A DNA stretch of 63,331 bases, filler included, from Octopus bimaculoides (lineage: Eukaryota), in assembly GCF_001194135.2 (NCBI RefSeq). It is 4 parts of 4 records of this genome, joined end to end, with 100 filler letters (N's around TTAATTAATTAA, not from the genome) between each part and the next. Parts side by side here need not be neighbours in the genome. Positions count along the whole stretch, not along the records: positions 31,709 to 47,209 come from NC_068996.1; positions 47,310 to 59,704 come from NC_069000.1; 2 more parts are not named here. One strand, written 5' to 3'. Under the pieces are notes generated by a model. It did no database searches and was not told where the DNA came from. It worked only from the letters and a program-made list of their open reading frames with translations. Positions 37,546-51,699 of this stretch are shown here, in pieces (the first letter of the stretch is position 1; each line of letters starts with the position of its first letter). The position numbers and the translations under genes were made by a program.

Positions 37546-38159
37546 TGATATCAGCATTCTGATACCCGGCGTGATTCCTCCTGACATAGACAACTTTTCC
37601 TAATATTCAGATGGCTTCCAGCCCTCCATATCTACTAACTTTTTCTCAACTAAAACTTTAATCTTTCGCACTCCAACGCCATTGACTGTTTGCCAATACA
37701 TCAAACTGTTTTCTGAAAAAAGGAAACATGAAAACCGAACACCCTGTACTCTTACTGCTACTGATGTTTCTTTTATTAATGTGAAGGATGAAAAACAATG
37801 CCAACCTTGGAAGGATTTGAACTGTTGCTCAGGTATTTGGTCCGATGCTTTAATAATTCAGCCAATATACTGCCCCTGTGGCAACTTTAATGACTACCTG
37901 AAATACAATGGAGAGAATCTAAGTATTATAAAGTTTGCTTAATTATCGCTGAACGTTGAGGATGAAAAAGCTTGAAGATCTTTTTTTTTCTTTGAAATTC
38001 CTGGACAGTTTAACAAACTACTCAGATGAGGTTTAAATTTTGTATTACATCATATAAGCCTTGATTTGTAAATAGCTAAGCCGGAGTTTGATGAAGTGAA
38101 ACACTAATAGCGTTTTACAGGACATCTTCTACTGGTGAGGGGGAGGAAGGGTAAACTAT

Positions 38160-38362
38160 ACACAAATTGGTTTCAAATTTCGGCACAGGACCAGCAATTT
38201 CGGGGCAAAGCATAAGTCTATTCCTTCCACCTTCCACCGCAGTGCTCAACTGCTACTTATTTTATCGAGTCCGAAAGGATGAAAGTTAAAGTAGACACCA
38301 ACGGTATTTGTACTCAGAACGTAAAGTCGGAAGAAATTTCACTAAGTATTTTGTTCGACGCC
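38160..38362 (-). mobile_element. SINE family A copy, diverged
   Basis: TTTATCGAGTCCGAAAGGATGAAAGTTAAAGTAGAC..CTCAGAACGTAAAG. Confidence 0.7.
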
Positions 38363-38690
38363 TTTAAGTATGCTCATGCTGAGATGTAGTCCGAAAGTTT
38401 GCTTTAAATAATTAAAGGGTAGACGGACAATTCGCCGATAGACAATTGACCGACAGACAACTTACAGACATAACAATTGTCTGGTATGCTGCAGAGTTCT
38501 GTTGCCAGACATAGGATGTTCCAGCAGCCGCCCACCCTCTTCGATCTACTCTGTCGTAATGAAGGATGACGGAACTAATTCATTTTTTTTTTTAATGTTC
38601 TAGAGGAAAAAGCTGCAGTTCATGGCATGCAATTCGTAAATCCATCAAGAACGGTGAATTTAATGACGCTGATATAGAGGAAAACTATGT

Positions 38691-38923
38691 TATTTCTTTA
38701 CTACCCACAAGGGGCTACACACAGAGGGGACAAACAAGGACAGACAAACGGATTAAGTCGATTATATCGACCCCAGTGCGTAACTGGTACTTATTTAATC
38801 GACCCCGAAAGGATGAAAGGCAAAGTCGACCTCGGCGGAATTTGAACTCAGAACGTAGCGGCAGACGAAATACCGCTAAGCATTTCGCCCGGTGTGCTAA
38901 CGTTTCTGCCAGTTCGCCGCCTT
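38691..38923 (-). mobile_element. Full-length SINE family A with 16-bp TSD
   Basis: TAGAGGAAAACTATGT at 38675-38690 and 38924-38939; closely similar to 37314-37545. Confidence 0.95.
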
Positions 38924-39477
38924 TAGAGGAAAACTATGTATTGAGCGGAGGGCGTTTGAATTCCAGAAAAACAACTTAGTGCTTAATGTCAGGTCACGAA
39001 GAAGGGGTACACGCAATAGAAATGGAGAGTAGAGAATGAGGTAAGTGTGAGACGATAATGCTTCTGCAGATGTGGTACGAGACCAGCTAACCCCAAGAAA
39101 CGGTGGCAGCTGTTTTAGAGAAGGGAAAGTAAAAATATCCACGCATTCGTGGATCTGATGTTTTGAGCGTGCTGGTATCTTGATGTCAGTCAGTCAGCTG
39201 TACTTCTGTTTCCTTTCTTCTTTTAACCAGGTCTAGGATAGCAGCAACAGCGGCAGGAGCAATCCTGGTATGGGACCATGGAGCGATGCAGGTATAGTTC
39301 CATAGTATACCATTGTGCGTTTCACTTAAGCTTTTAATTTTATTAAAATCAAACTGATCGTTCCCCGCTGTAATGTAGTTAATCAATTGGAACCATCAGT
39401 GTGTCTATCTGTCTGTCTAACTGTTCACTAGCGTTACCACACACACACACACACACACACAGAGGAACACGCACACA

Positions 39478-39514
<37 letters not shown>

Positions 39515-40367
39515 GGCACTAACACGTNNNNNNNNNNCACACACACACACACACACACACACAAGGCACTAACACGTGCGCGCTCACGCACAGAAGCGCA
39601 AGCTATCTTTTCTAAAACTGCATCATCACCGACACCTAGTGTCTAACGGCGACGTTAATTGTTGCTAATTAACAAGAATATCTGTTGACTATCGTTACCA
39701 CACACACATCGTCTTTTGCAGCCTCCACCTTCACCGAAACCAGCTATTTAGCGCCGTCAGTAATTAGCAATACATCTATTCAGTTCTACGAACAGATACA
39801 GTTACTTTGCTGTAGTCATTTCCTGGACAGACATGTGGATGTATGAATATGTAAAGTATAATGTTTGCGTTTGTGTACGTGTGTGCGTGTTTGCCTGCGT
39901 GTGCCTGTGTAAGTACGTTTATGTGTAACTGAATGTGTCTGATAGCGTGTGCTAAGTGTGTCGAGGGCGTGTATGTGAAAATGTTTTGTCTATTGTATAT
40001 GACTCTACACGTAAGCGCGTATGCATGTATATGTGTATATGGGCGTGTATATATATGTATATATATATANNNNNNNNNNNNNNNNNNNNNNNNNNNNNNN
40101 NNNNNNNNNNNNNNNNNNNNNNNNNNNNNNNNNNNNNNNNNNNNNNNNNNNNNNNNNNNNNNNNNNNNNNNNNNNNNNNNNNNNNNNNNNNNNNNNNNNN
40201 NNNNNNNNNNNNNNNNNNNNNNNNNNNNNNNNNNNNNNNNNNNNNNNNNNNNNNNNNNNNNNNNNNNNNNNNNNNNNNNNNNNNNNNNNNNNNNNNNNNG
40301 GGGGGGGGCAAACACAGACGCATAAATACACACACATACATACACACACACACACACATACACACCC

Positions 40368-40400
<33 letters not shown>

Positions 40401-40419
40401 TATATATATATATACATAT

Positions 40420-40555
40420 ACGTCTACCAAATCCACTCAGAAGGCTTTGGCTGGCCCGAAACTATAGTAGAAGACACTTGCCCAAGGTGCCATGCAGTGG
40501 GACTGAACCCGGAACCATGTGGTTGGGAAAGAAGTTTCTTACCACACAACCACGT
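40420..40555 (-). mobile_element. SINE family B head (5' part)
   Basis: GTCTACCAAATCCACTCAGAAGGCTTT..GAAGACACTTGCCCAAGGTGCC..GGGACTGAACCCGGAACCATGTGGTTG. Confidence 0.85.
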
Positions 40556-41620
40556 CTATATATGTATGTATGAATGTATGTAACGTATGTACGAATGTAT
40601 GTACGTGCGTATATACGTATGTATGTAAATATGTACGTATGTATGTAAGTATGTATGTATGTATGTGTGTATGTATGGAAGTATGGATGTATATGATCCG
40701 TGTGTGTATGTGTGCGTGTGTATGTTCAGATGTGCGCTCGTGTGTGTATACACATGGTTACTTAGGCAGAGCATGTAGGTAATACAAACACACCCAGAGA
40801 CGTTATCGCTTGCATATTTGTTTAAAGAAATGCAACTACGTAACAGAAAGAGATAGAGACACAGATAAATAGTGAAAGAGGGAGGGAGGGAGAAAGAAAG
40901 AAGGAAAGAAAGAAAGAAACAAACAAACAAAGAGAGAAAGAAAGAAAGAGAGAGAAGAAAGTGAGAATGTGCATGCTTGTATTTGATTGTGTGAATATAT
41001 AAGTGTTCACTAACACTTATTTCTTGCGTGTGAATGTGTGTGTGTATATATATATACCGTGAATATTGTGTGTGAATATATGCTACGCATGCGTGTGTTT
41101 AAGTGTTTACTCCACACAAGAAAAGAAAAACAGACAAAAACGAAAACAATAAATAAATAATAAATAAAGATACAAGACAAAAACAAGCTAATCTGTACCG
41201 ATTTACCTCCTTCACACATGATTAGGTCGCTGTGACGCAGTCGAATCGACACGGTGCGATGTAAATAATCCTTTTGTTACGTAACATTTGTTTGTTTTCG
41301 TTTAGTTTTATCCGTTTGTTCATTTGTTTGCTTGCTTGTGTTGTTCTTTTTAATTACGGCTCCAGTCTCGTGTTGCCACCATATGTGTTGGTGCTTTTGC
41401 TGTCGTCTTTTACAGCAGCGGGAATCAAACAATTGTTGCCAGTTTCAATGGCGGTTTATAAACAGTTTTAAGTTTCCACTGTTGAGAAGCGATAGATGCC
41501 AAATTTACCAGTCTGTATTCTTCTCCAATCACGAATTTCTCTTCATTAATTTATTCCACTTCGAAATAAAATGTCTAAGCGAGCAGCTTACACATTTTCT
41601 ATTTATTTAAAAGAAAGAAA

Positions 41621-41697
<77 letters not shown>

Positions 41698-42089
41698 NNN
41701 NNNNNNNNNNNNNNNNNNNNNNNNNNNNNNNNNNNNNNNNNNNNNNNNNNNNNNNNNNNNNNNNNNNNNNNNNNNNNNNNNNNNNNNNNNNNNNNNNNNN
41801 NNNNNNNNNNNNNNNNNNNNNNNNNNNNNNNNNNNNNNNNNNNNNNNNNNNNNNNNNNNNNNNNNNNNNNNNNNNNNNNNNNNNNNNNNNNNNNNNNNNN
41901 NNNNNNNNNNNNNNNNNNNNNNNNNNNNNNNNNNNNNNNNNNNNNNNNNNNNNNNNNNNNNNNNNNNNNNNNNNNNNNNNNNNNNNNNNNNNNNNNNNNN
42001 NNNNNNNNNNNNNNNNNNNNNNNNNNNNNNNNNNNNNNNNNNNNNNNNNNNNNNNNNNNNNNNNNNNNNNNNNNNNNNNNNNNNNNNNN

Positions 42090-42128
<39 letters not shown>

Positions 42129-42157
42129 GTATGTATGTGCGTGTGTGTGTATGTGTG

Positions 42158-42188
<31 letters not shown>

Positions 42189-42268
42189 GTGTGTGTGCAT
42201 GTTAATATGTATCCTATCCATTTATTAGTTTCAGCCGCTGGACTGTGCCGCCATATTGTTACACTTCC

Positions 42269-42317
<49 letters not shown>

Positions 42318-42377
42318 CATCTATCCGTCTGTCTGTCTGCCTGTCTGTCTGCCTGTCTATCAATCAATCAATCTCTT

Positions 42378-42410
<33 letters not shown>

Positions 42411-43202
42411 AACACACACACATACGCATGTATGGTGATAAATTGACATACATGCAAACGTACACAACTGCATGTAGATACTGTAGCGGACCTCTTATCC
42501 GGCTTTCAGAAATCTGGAATTTCCAGAAATCCGGTTATACTGTGCAATGTCATGTAAAATACGATAAAAATGCTGAATAAACAGACCCTGTTTTTGAGGT
42601 TTAATTAATTTATATTCGGTGTTTTAAAAATAATTTTCTTCATTACATTTTTTAGACTAAACACACTCTGCTTTGGAAATGTATTAAATTGTTCGTGTAT
42701 GTGTTAAAAAAAAAGTTATTTACTTTTCTTCATTTAATACTTATCCTATAATTATTATACTGCATACATGATACAATATGTGATATTTTAAGAATTTTAA
42801 ATGGATTAAGAAATACTGAACAGACACAGCATTAGGAGTGTATTAATTTCATTCCTTTACCTACAAGTTCTTTTCTTTTCATAGTTTATATATATTTCTT
42901 GTATATACTTAGACTGTTTCCAGAAAACCCGGAAAATCCAGAGATCCAGGCCCCCTCTGGTCCTAAAGTTTGCTAGATAATTTGTCTGATGTCGTATATA
43001 ACATAATGTTGGTTACACGCATATCTACACATCCACGTGTCCACGTACATGTATGCACAACGGTTACTTAACTCGAAGTCATTTCTTATATATCGATTAT
43101 AAAGCCAGCTAATGACTGAGTTCCATGAGGTCTCTGGATTTGCTTGAGGTAACAGATAATCTCTTTGGTACCGAAATAATGCCCCAAATCTCAACCCCAT
43201 TA

Positions 43203-43238
<36 letters not shown>

Positions 43239-43344
43239 GCAAGTAAGACACTCTAGATAATGTTATTCTTAAAACGTTTGAAAAAATGGAATGAGTATAA
43301 GCGGAATACCTTTGGACATATGTTTGCTTAGTGAGGGAATTAAA

Positions 43345-43448
43345 ACAACAACGACAGCAACAGCAGCAGCAACAGCAGCAGCAACAATAACAACAACAAC
43401 AACAACAACAACAGCAGCAGCAGCAGCAGCAGCAGCGGCAACAACAAC
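43345..43448 (+). repeat. (CAA/CAG)n trinucleotide tract
   Basis: Direct observation. Confidence 0.9.
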
Positions 43449-43547
43449 ATGCCTGCGTAGACACGTGCACGTTCCAAACCATTTGATGATACTTCTGCAT
43501 GCACACTTTTATAATGATATATTCTCATATGCATCACATACGAGAGA

Positions 43548-43599
<52 letters not shown>

Positions 43600-43617
43600 A
43601 AGAGAGAGAGAGAGAGT

Positions 43618-43660
<43 letters not shown>

Positions 43661-43782
43661 GTTTCTTTAATACATCAGCAGGTACTTCTCGAACAGACCC
43701 CCAGATTACATCAACTGTTTAATAAGAACGGCTTAAAGTCAGAGTCAATCTAATATCAGGAATATGTTCAAAATGTCCACAG

Positions 43783-44683
43783 CGCACGCGTGGCTGTGAT
43801 GTAAGAATTTATTGTCAGCCACATAGTTCTGGGATCATCTTGGCATCTGGGATAAGTGATTTTTTTTTTCTAAAACCTTGTGAGTGGATCTGGTAGACGG
43901 AAACCGAAAGAAGACCGTCGTATGTATGTATGTATGTATGTATGTATGCATGTATGTGCGAATGTATGTATGTATGTATGTATGTACGGATGTATGTATG
44001 TATGTACGGATGTATGTATGTGTGTATGTATGTATGTATGTGTGTATGTACGGATGTATGTATGTATGTATGTATGTGTGTATGTATGTATGTATGTACG
44101 GATGTATGTATGCATGTACGGATGTATGTATGTATGTACGGATGTATGTGTGTGTATGTATGTATGTATGTATGTATGTATGTATGTGTGTATGTATGTA
44201 TGTATGTATGTATGTATGTATGTATGTATGTATGTATGTGTGTATGTATGCATGTATGTACGGATGTATGTGTGTATGTATGTGTGTATGTATGTATGTA
44301 TGTATGTATGTGTGTATGTACGTATGTATGTATGTATGTATGTATGTATGTGTGTATGTACGTATGTATGTATGTATGTATGTGTGTATGTATGTATGTA
44401 TGTACGTACGGATGTATGTATGTGTGTATGTATGTATGTATGTATGTATGTACGTATGTATGTATGTATGTGTGTATGTATGTGTGTATGTATGTATTTG
44501 CTTCAGTCATTTGGCGGTGGCCATGCTGGAGCATCGCCTTAAAGGGTTTTAGTCGTAGAAATGACCACACGACTTATTCTTTGTAAGTCTAGTACTTATT
44601 CTATCGGCCTCTTTAGCCGAACCGCTAAGTTACAGGGACGTAAACACACCAGCATCGGTTGTTAAGCGATGTTGAGGGTAAAT

Positions 44684-44690
<7 letters not shown>
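43783..44690. mobile_element. SINE family B head (+) and tail (-) joined by a ~575-bp (TATG)n compound microsatellite
   Basis: Head GCGTGGCTGTG..GTGGATCTGGTAGACGGAAACCGAAAGAAG to 43920; (TATG)n 43921-44495; reverse-oriented tail CAGTCATTTGGCGGTGGCCATGCTGGAGCATCGCC..GACGTAAACACACCAGCATCGG. Confidence 0.8.
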
Positions 44691-44722
<32 letters not shown>

Positions 44723-46213
44723 GTGAAGGCGCATGGCTCAGTGGTTAGAGCATCAANNNNNNNNNNNNNNNNNNNNNNNNNNNNNNNNNNNNNNNNNNNN
44801 NNNNNNNNNNNNNNNNNNNNNNNNNNNNNNNNNNNNNNNNNNNNNNNNNNNTGCGTGTTGTGTTCTTGAGCAAGACACTTTATATCACGTATATATATAT
44901 ATATATATATAAAGATATATATATATACATACATATACATACATAGATATAGATATACATGTGTTTGTATATATACAAATATTTATACCTACCCACTTTC
45001 TTACCTTCGCACATGCATTCATACATACATGCAAATGCTTTTGTAACCGAAATCTATTAATATTCTTTTGCTACTCTAGGCACAAGACCCGAAATGCTCA
45101 GCGTTATTTCGCCCGTCGCTACATTCTGAGTTCAAATTCCACCGAGGTCAGCTTTGCCCTTCGTCATTACGGTGTCGATAAAATAAGCACCGGTTAAATA
45201 TTAGGGTCTAAATAATTGACTAGCCTCCTTCTCCTAAATTTCAAACTTTGTGCTTGCGTTAGACAGGATTACTTATATATTGCAGTGTACGGTCTATATA
45301 TGTATGTATATAACATTACCTCATACAAGTTATCGATCTGTGTTCAATTTCTGGTTAAATCTGTTGTGCCTCTTTACCGATGTGAGGAGAAAGTTGTCTA
45401 ATTGATACAAAACACGAGGGGAGGTACTTAGTCTATAGTAAATCTTAACCAAACATTGCGGCCTACCTAAGCTGCCTGACATGACAATGTGGTTCTTGAA
45501 CTGTATTACAAGCCTTCTTGTTGACATTTCAATAGCTCTGCGTAACCTATGTAGGCATTATACTCACTGTTTGAAGTTGTCTTCTGTCTCTGAAGTGTTC
45601 GTTGCCTCGACCCATATCGTTTTGTTTCTCACTGGGTACTCCAAACAGTTTTTAACATGAAATACGGGTTTTTTCTTCCGCACAAATCATATGCCTGATC
45701 TACCACGATTGATATTTTGGGGAATTACAGGTAGGAAGAATCTCAACCTTATTCTATGATATAAACGTTATGATTCCGTGTCTATTTGTCTCTCATGTTC
45801 GTAAGTGGGACTAGAGGTGAGTCTATACGAAAACGTGTTCTGGTTATTATTATTAAAAACTCTATAGAGGTTATGTCTTTTTTTCCCGTCATACATGCCT
45901 CACAAAAGACACAGCCATTCTATTATCCTGTTGAAGTATCGCACAAACTTAGAACTGATATATTACATTTGTATGTAGTTGCAATGTTTATAGTATATAA
46001 GTACATAAATATATTACACAACCATCTAAATGTATTATGCTATAATTATTATGCTCATGTACTTTAGCTACATTCTACTAGTATGACATTATTATTACAA
46101 AATTTTTAATATAAAAACGTAGTTAACATCGCATGTATAGTATCATATTATAACAGTTTAACATCTTGTATGAAAATGACCTATTTCATATGAAAGTGAC
46201 ATTAATAGATTTT

Positions 46214-46325
46214 AAGGTGGCAAGCTGACAGAAACATTAGCACGCCGGGCGAAACGGTTAGCGGTACTTCGACCGTCTACGTTCTGAGTTCAAACTCCAC
46301 CGAGGTCGACTTTGCCTTTCATTCA
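46214..46325 (+). mobile_element. SINE family A 5' fragment
   Basis: AAGGTGGCAAGCTGACAGAAACATTAGCACGCCGGGCGAAA..GAGTTCAAACTCC..GAGGTCGACTTTGCC. Confidence 0.85.
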
Positions 46326-46330
46326 TTGTC

Positions 46331-46368
<38 letters not shown>

Positions 46369-46372
<4 letters not shown>

Positions 46373-47028
46373 GGGTTCCCAAATGAAACTGTAATTTTGC
46401 AATATTATTTTATTCAATTAGTCTTAACTTTATACACATTTATCGCTTTCTAAGTATTTTCCATTTAAAGCAATGCATCGGTCCAGGCTCGTTTTCCACT
46501 GTTCGAAGCAGCCTTGGAACTCTTGCGAAGTGATGCCTTTCAACGCCTCTGTCGTTTTATTTTTTTATCTTCACCTATTCCACAGCTACAAAACATTTTC
46601 CTTTAAGGACTATTTTCATTCGGGAGAACAAAAAATGCCACAGGGAGCAAGACCGGGTGAATATGGGTGGTGGTGAGCGGGATGATGAAATATTGTTTCG
46701 TCAAAAACTGTTTAACCCTTAAGGTACATTCCAGTGATGAAACCACCACGATCCACTTTGCCACAGGTCGACGTTTTCGTCTCACCACATCCCGCAAATG
46801 CTTCAGGACTGCCGAGTAAAATGACTAGTTAAGTTTGACCCAGAGGAGCAAATTCGGTGTGGACAATTCCTCTCGATGAAACAAACTAGCATCGTCTTGA
46901 CATTGGACTTCACTAGATGCGCTTTGGCAGGAGGCGTGGTGACATTGATTGCTTTCACTGACTTGATTGTTGCTTCGTTTCCGGGTCGTAGCCGTAGTAG
47001 CAGCTTTCGTCACCCGTGATGACCTCAA
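46369..47028 (-). mobile_element. mariner (DD34D) transposase C-terminal relic with one terminal repeat
   Basis: Minus strand [69 protein letters not shown]-like TGAGGGGTTCCCAAATGAAAC at 46369, next to a (TA)n run. Confidence 0.85.
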
Positions 47029-47065
47029 ATATATACATATACATATACATATACATATATACGTA

Positions 47066-47099
<34 letters not shown>

Positions 47100-47363
47100 A
47101 ATATATATATATATACATACATACATATATAAATATATATATATATACATACATACATATATAAATATATATATATATATATACATACATACATATATAT
47201 ATATATATANNNNNNNNNNNNNNNNNNNNNNNNNNNNNNNNNNNNNNNNNNNNTTAATTAATTAANNNNNNNNNNNNNNNNNNNNNNNNNNNNNNNNNNN
47301 NNNNNNNNNTATATATATGTATACATACATATATATATATATATATTATATATATATATATAT

Positions 47364-47409
<46 letters not shown>

Positions 47410-47655
47410 CTCGGTCTTCCTTTCTTCCTACCATTCTTTTTTCCTTCCATCCTTCCTTTCTTTCTTTCTTTCTTTCTTTCTTGCGCTCTTGCTCCCTTGC
47501 TTCCTTTCTTCTTTTATTTCTTTCTTTCTTTAACCTTCTTACATACTCTCTGATTCTCTTTTCCTTCTGTTTTCTTTTTCTTTGGTTTTCCAATTTTTTT
47601 TTTATCTTTACTGACGTGGCAAAGATATCGAGTCGTTTCATGTTTAGCAATTGTG

Positions 47656-47687
<32 letters not shown>

Positions 47688-47893
47688 TGTATGTATGTAT
47701 GTATGTATGTGTGCGTGTTGTATATTCGCACACCTGCGTGTATGTTTGTATGTTTACATATACAAGTTCGTGTATGTTTGATAGTACAAAATCTCACAAA
47801 TACACGCTCATACACACACACACATACACAAAAAAAACACAAAATTATTTTCATTTATTTACATTCACGCATGCATACACACGCTTATGCTTG

Positions 47894-47961
<68 letters not shown>

Positions 47962-48916
47962 AGATAAACTTACTTGGAAATGGATGCGTGGCGTTCAATC
48001 ATATAAAAATATAAATATAATATATATACATACCCATATATGCATATATATATATATATATATAAACATACATGTATGTACATATATGTATATCTGCATA
48101 TATATATATAATTNNNNNNNNNNNNNNNNNNNNNNNNNNNNNNNNNNNNNNNNNNNNNNNNNNNNNNNNNNNNNNNNNNNNNNNNNNNNNNNNNNNNNNN
48201 NNNNNNNNNNNNNNNNNNNNNNTATATATATATATATATATACACATGCATATATACACACAGACATATACAAATAAATATGTATATATTCATATATGAA
48301 TACGTATATGCATCTACATATACATGTAAATATATATCCATAAACTCACACAATACTTTTATCTCGAGTTAGATAAATTCATAGATAAACAGATAGATAG
48401 TTAGATAGATGGTTAGATAGTTAGATATTCACACATTTCCACATATCAAACGCTCCATGAACAAAGCTCTATCGTCCTTGCTCTAAATCTTCTAAAGAAG
48501 TGTAGTTATGTTCAAGTAACCCCTTGCAGCCATTTTGAACAGGGCGAGGTAACAACGCATGACATGATGTTCTGAAAATATTTCTTCTGGTTATTTTGTC
48601 GTTCGCTTCACTTTTTGTTCTTATTATTACTACCACTACTTATGTTGCCGCTTTTACAGTTGTTGTCATTGTTCTTATTATGGTTATTATTATTATCATT
48701 GTTGTTGCTGTTGTTCTTGTCGTTTTTGTTATCATTATTATTATTATACCCGTTTATATGTTCTTTCTGGTTTTTCAAAAATAGTTAAGTTATTTATGAC
48801 CTCAAACGCTATGATTCTCAGATGTTTCTTTTTATGTGTATGTCAGTATACATACATATATATGTGTGTGTGTACGTGTGTCTTGGTTTGTCTGTGTGTA
48901 TACACACACATATACA

Positions 48917-48965
<49 letters not shown>

Positions 48966-49620
48966 CGAGAGAGAGAGATAGAGAGAGAGAGATAGGTAGT
49001 TATATAAGCATATGTATGTATGTATGTATGTATGTATGTGTGTATGTATGTGTGTATGTATGTATGTATGTATGTAGACATGTACATACATACATATATA
49101 TATATATATATANNNNNNNNNNNNNNNNNNNNNNNNNNNNNNNNNNNNNNNNNNNNNNNNNNNNNNNNNNNNNNNNNNNNNNNNNNNNNNNNNNNNNNNN
49201 NNNNNNNNNNNNNNNNNNNNNNNNNNNNNNNNNNNNNNNNNNNNNNNNNNNNNNNNNNNNNNNNNNNNNNNNNNNNNNNNNNNNNNNNNNNNNNNNNNNN
49301 NNNNNNNNNNNNNNNNNNNNNNNNNNNNNNNNNNNNNNNNNNNNNNNNNNNNNNNNNNNNNNNNNNNNNNNNNNNNNNNNNNNNNNNNNNNNNNNNNNNN
49401 NNNNNNNNNNNNNNNNNNNNNNNNNNNNNNNNNNNNNNNNNNNNNNNNNNNNNNNNNNNNNNNNNNNNNNNNNNNNNNNNNNNNNNNNNNNNNNNNNNNN
49501 NNNNNNNNNNNNNNNNNNNNNNNNNNNNNNNNNNNNNNNNNNNNNNNNNNNNNNNNNNNNNNNNNNNNNNNNNNNNNNNNNNNNNNNNNNNNNNNNNNNN
49601 NNNNNNNNNNNNNNNNNNNN

Positions 49621-49659
<39 letters not shown>

Positions 49660-49671
49660 TACATATTTATT

Positions 49672-49730
<59 letters not shown>

Positions 49731-50889
49731 GTAAATCTTTTTTAATTTGCTTTGCAATAATTTCGACCTGAAATTGAGGGCACAAACCAATATTGTTTGG
49801 GTTGGTCATACTGCCAATGAATACTTGCTTTTGTTCTAACTTTTAGCTCGGTTGTTAGAACACTATTTTCATTACCTATGTGATCTTATACGATCACTAG
49901 AATCCTAGAAAAATTTCAAATTGTGTGATGAAAATTTTCTGACATACGTATAACTGAAAGGAACCACATCTAGTGTGCGGAGTTATTGGCTATTTTATCC
50001 TTCTAAAGTAGGTCAATACGCACACAGAAACACACAGACACACTTAAGCGCTCTATATCATATTGTCATTGAATAATATAAAGGCATCGCTTAATTCTTT
50101 TGGGTATTACCTGTGAAGTTATGTAACAACAAGTCGAGATATCAGCAATTGCTATATAGTATGCTGGTACACGTGCTTCTACTTTTTAATACATCGCCAA
50201 TGAGGAGAATAGTCGCCGAATCTTCTAGACTTCTAGGAGCTAATCTATGGCATTTCTATTTTGTTTTCTTTTGTGTAATTCACATTGACATAGTATTACG
50301 CTGTCTCCAGTCATTAACATCTGTCACACATTTTCAAATTACACCTTCGGCGATTTAACTTGGGATTCATTAACGACAATGTAATCTTCATATAATTAAG
50401 GGACTTTCGGCTTGAAGAGTAGCGGAGTATCCTTCGTTGAATAATTATTACGTCAGAGGATCTGCTAGCTAGGAAACATATGTAGCCAGGACTTTACCAA
50501 CTCCACTCCCTCAATTTGGATTATATATATATATATATATTCGAAATGCCGGTGTTAAAACGGGGGTAGCTAATGAAGAAGAATGTTCTCTATGTGGCTT
50601 GTGTGTTTTCTCGTCTACGTTTTGTTTGCAATGTCCTGTACCCAGATATGCACCTATACATACAGGTGGATGTCGGTATGCACATACCTGTGCGTATATA
50701 TGCATATACTCATTTACTATTTGTTTATATATATNNNNNNNNNNNNNNNNNNNNNNNNNNNNNNNNNNNNNNNNNNNNNNNNNNNNTATATATATATATA
50801 TATATATAAAATGAGAAATGTGTGTGTGTCTATGTGTATGTATGTATGTATTTATGTATGTATGTATGTATGTATGTATGTATTTACGC

Positions 50890-51215
50890 ATAAAGACTAA
50901 ATTTATAGTCAATCGCCTTTCATCCATGACCATGTGGTGAACACGATCAATGTTTTCTTCAGTGGTGGCAGTTTGCAGGACGTCCAAACCTTGGGTCATC
51001 TTCAAGACTTTCCCTTCCCCACCTAAGTTCAGCTGCTCACTTTTGCACTGTTTGATAAAACTGGAGCATCCTTGTCAGCATGAATGTCCTTGTGGGCTAA
51101 ACCCTTTTTTCTGCAGGTATTTGATAACACCACGACGTCGAATTTTCTCTATTTTCAAGAGAAGCTACGTGTTACATCTGAAATCTTTGAACTGGTAGAT
51201 GTCCGTTTATCTGGA
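50890..51215 (-). mobile_element. mariner transposase N-terminal relic
   Basis: RRGVIKYLQKKGLAHKDIHAD..GRESLEDDPRFGRP..TTEENIDRVHHMVMDERRLTIN. Confidence 0.85.
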
Positions 51216-51699
51216 AAGAAACAATGCAGTTATTAATAAAAAAAAAAAAGGTGAAAGTAATGTCTGCAAGATTTCACACCTTCATAGTCAACCTATGAAC
51301 TTATCAGTCCAACCTGTTCTTAGATCTTCTGCCTTTTCATATAATGCTTGAAAAAGGAAGATGATCTGTTTAGAGCTGGAATATTTTGATCTTAGGACTG
51401 ATTGATTGAAAACACAGACTTAAGTAAACGTCCACAGATTTTTTTTTTTAAAAAACGCTTCAATTCACTGATAACATTTCAAACAGACTCCAAATTCATC
51501 TGCTGTTTTCCATTCTTTCTGATGAGAATAACAGTAGTCACAAATAAATATTTATTTACCCTTACATATACCGTCCACTCACAGCTTATTTGTATATACT
51601 GACTCTCGAGCCACTGCTGTAGAATTTAGAGGTGTTCAGAGGTGCGCCGTTTAGTATAATGATGTCGGACACCCCTGAAATGGGTGTAGTTTGGACCGT

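Noticed and set aside
45330-45640. Possible third GIY-YIG relic (AYIGY..STRRL..KNH) on minus strand
   Set aside because: Motifs are split across frames and the first GIY strand is not identifiable.
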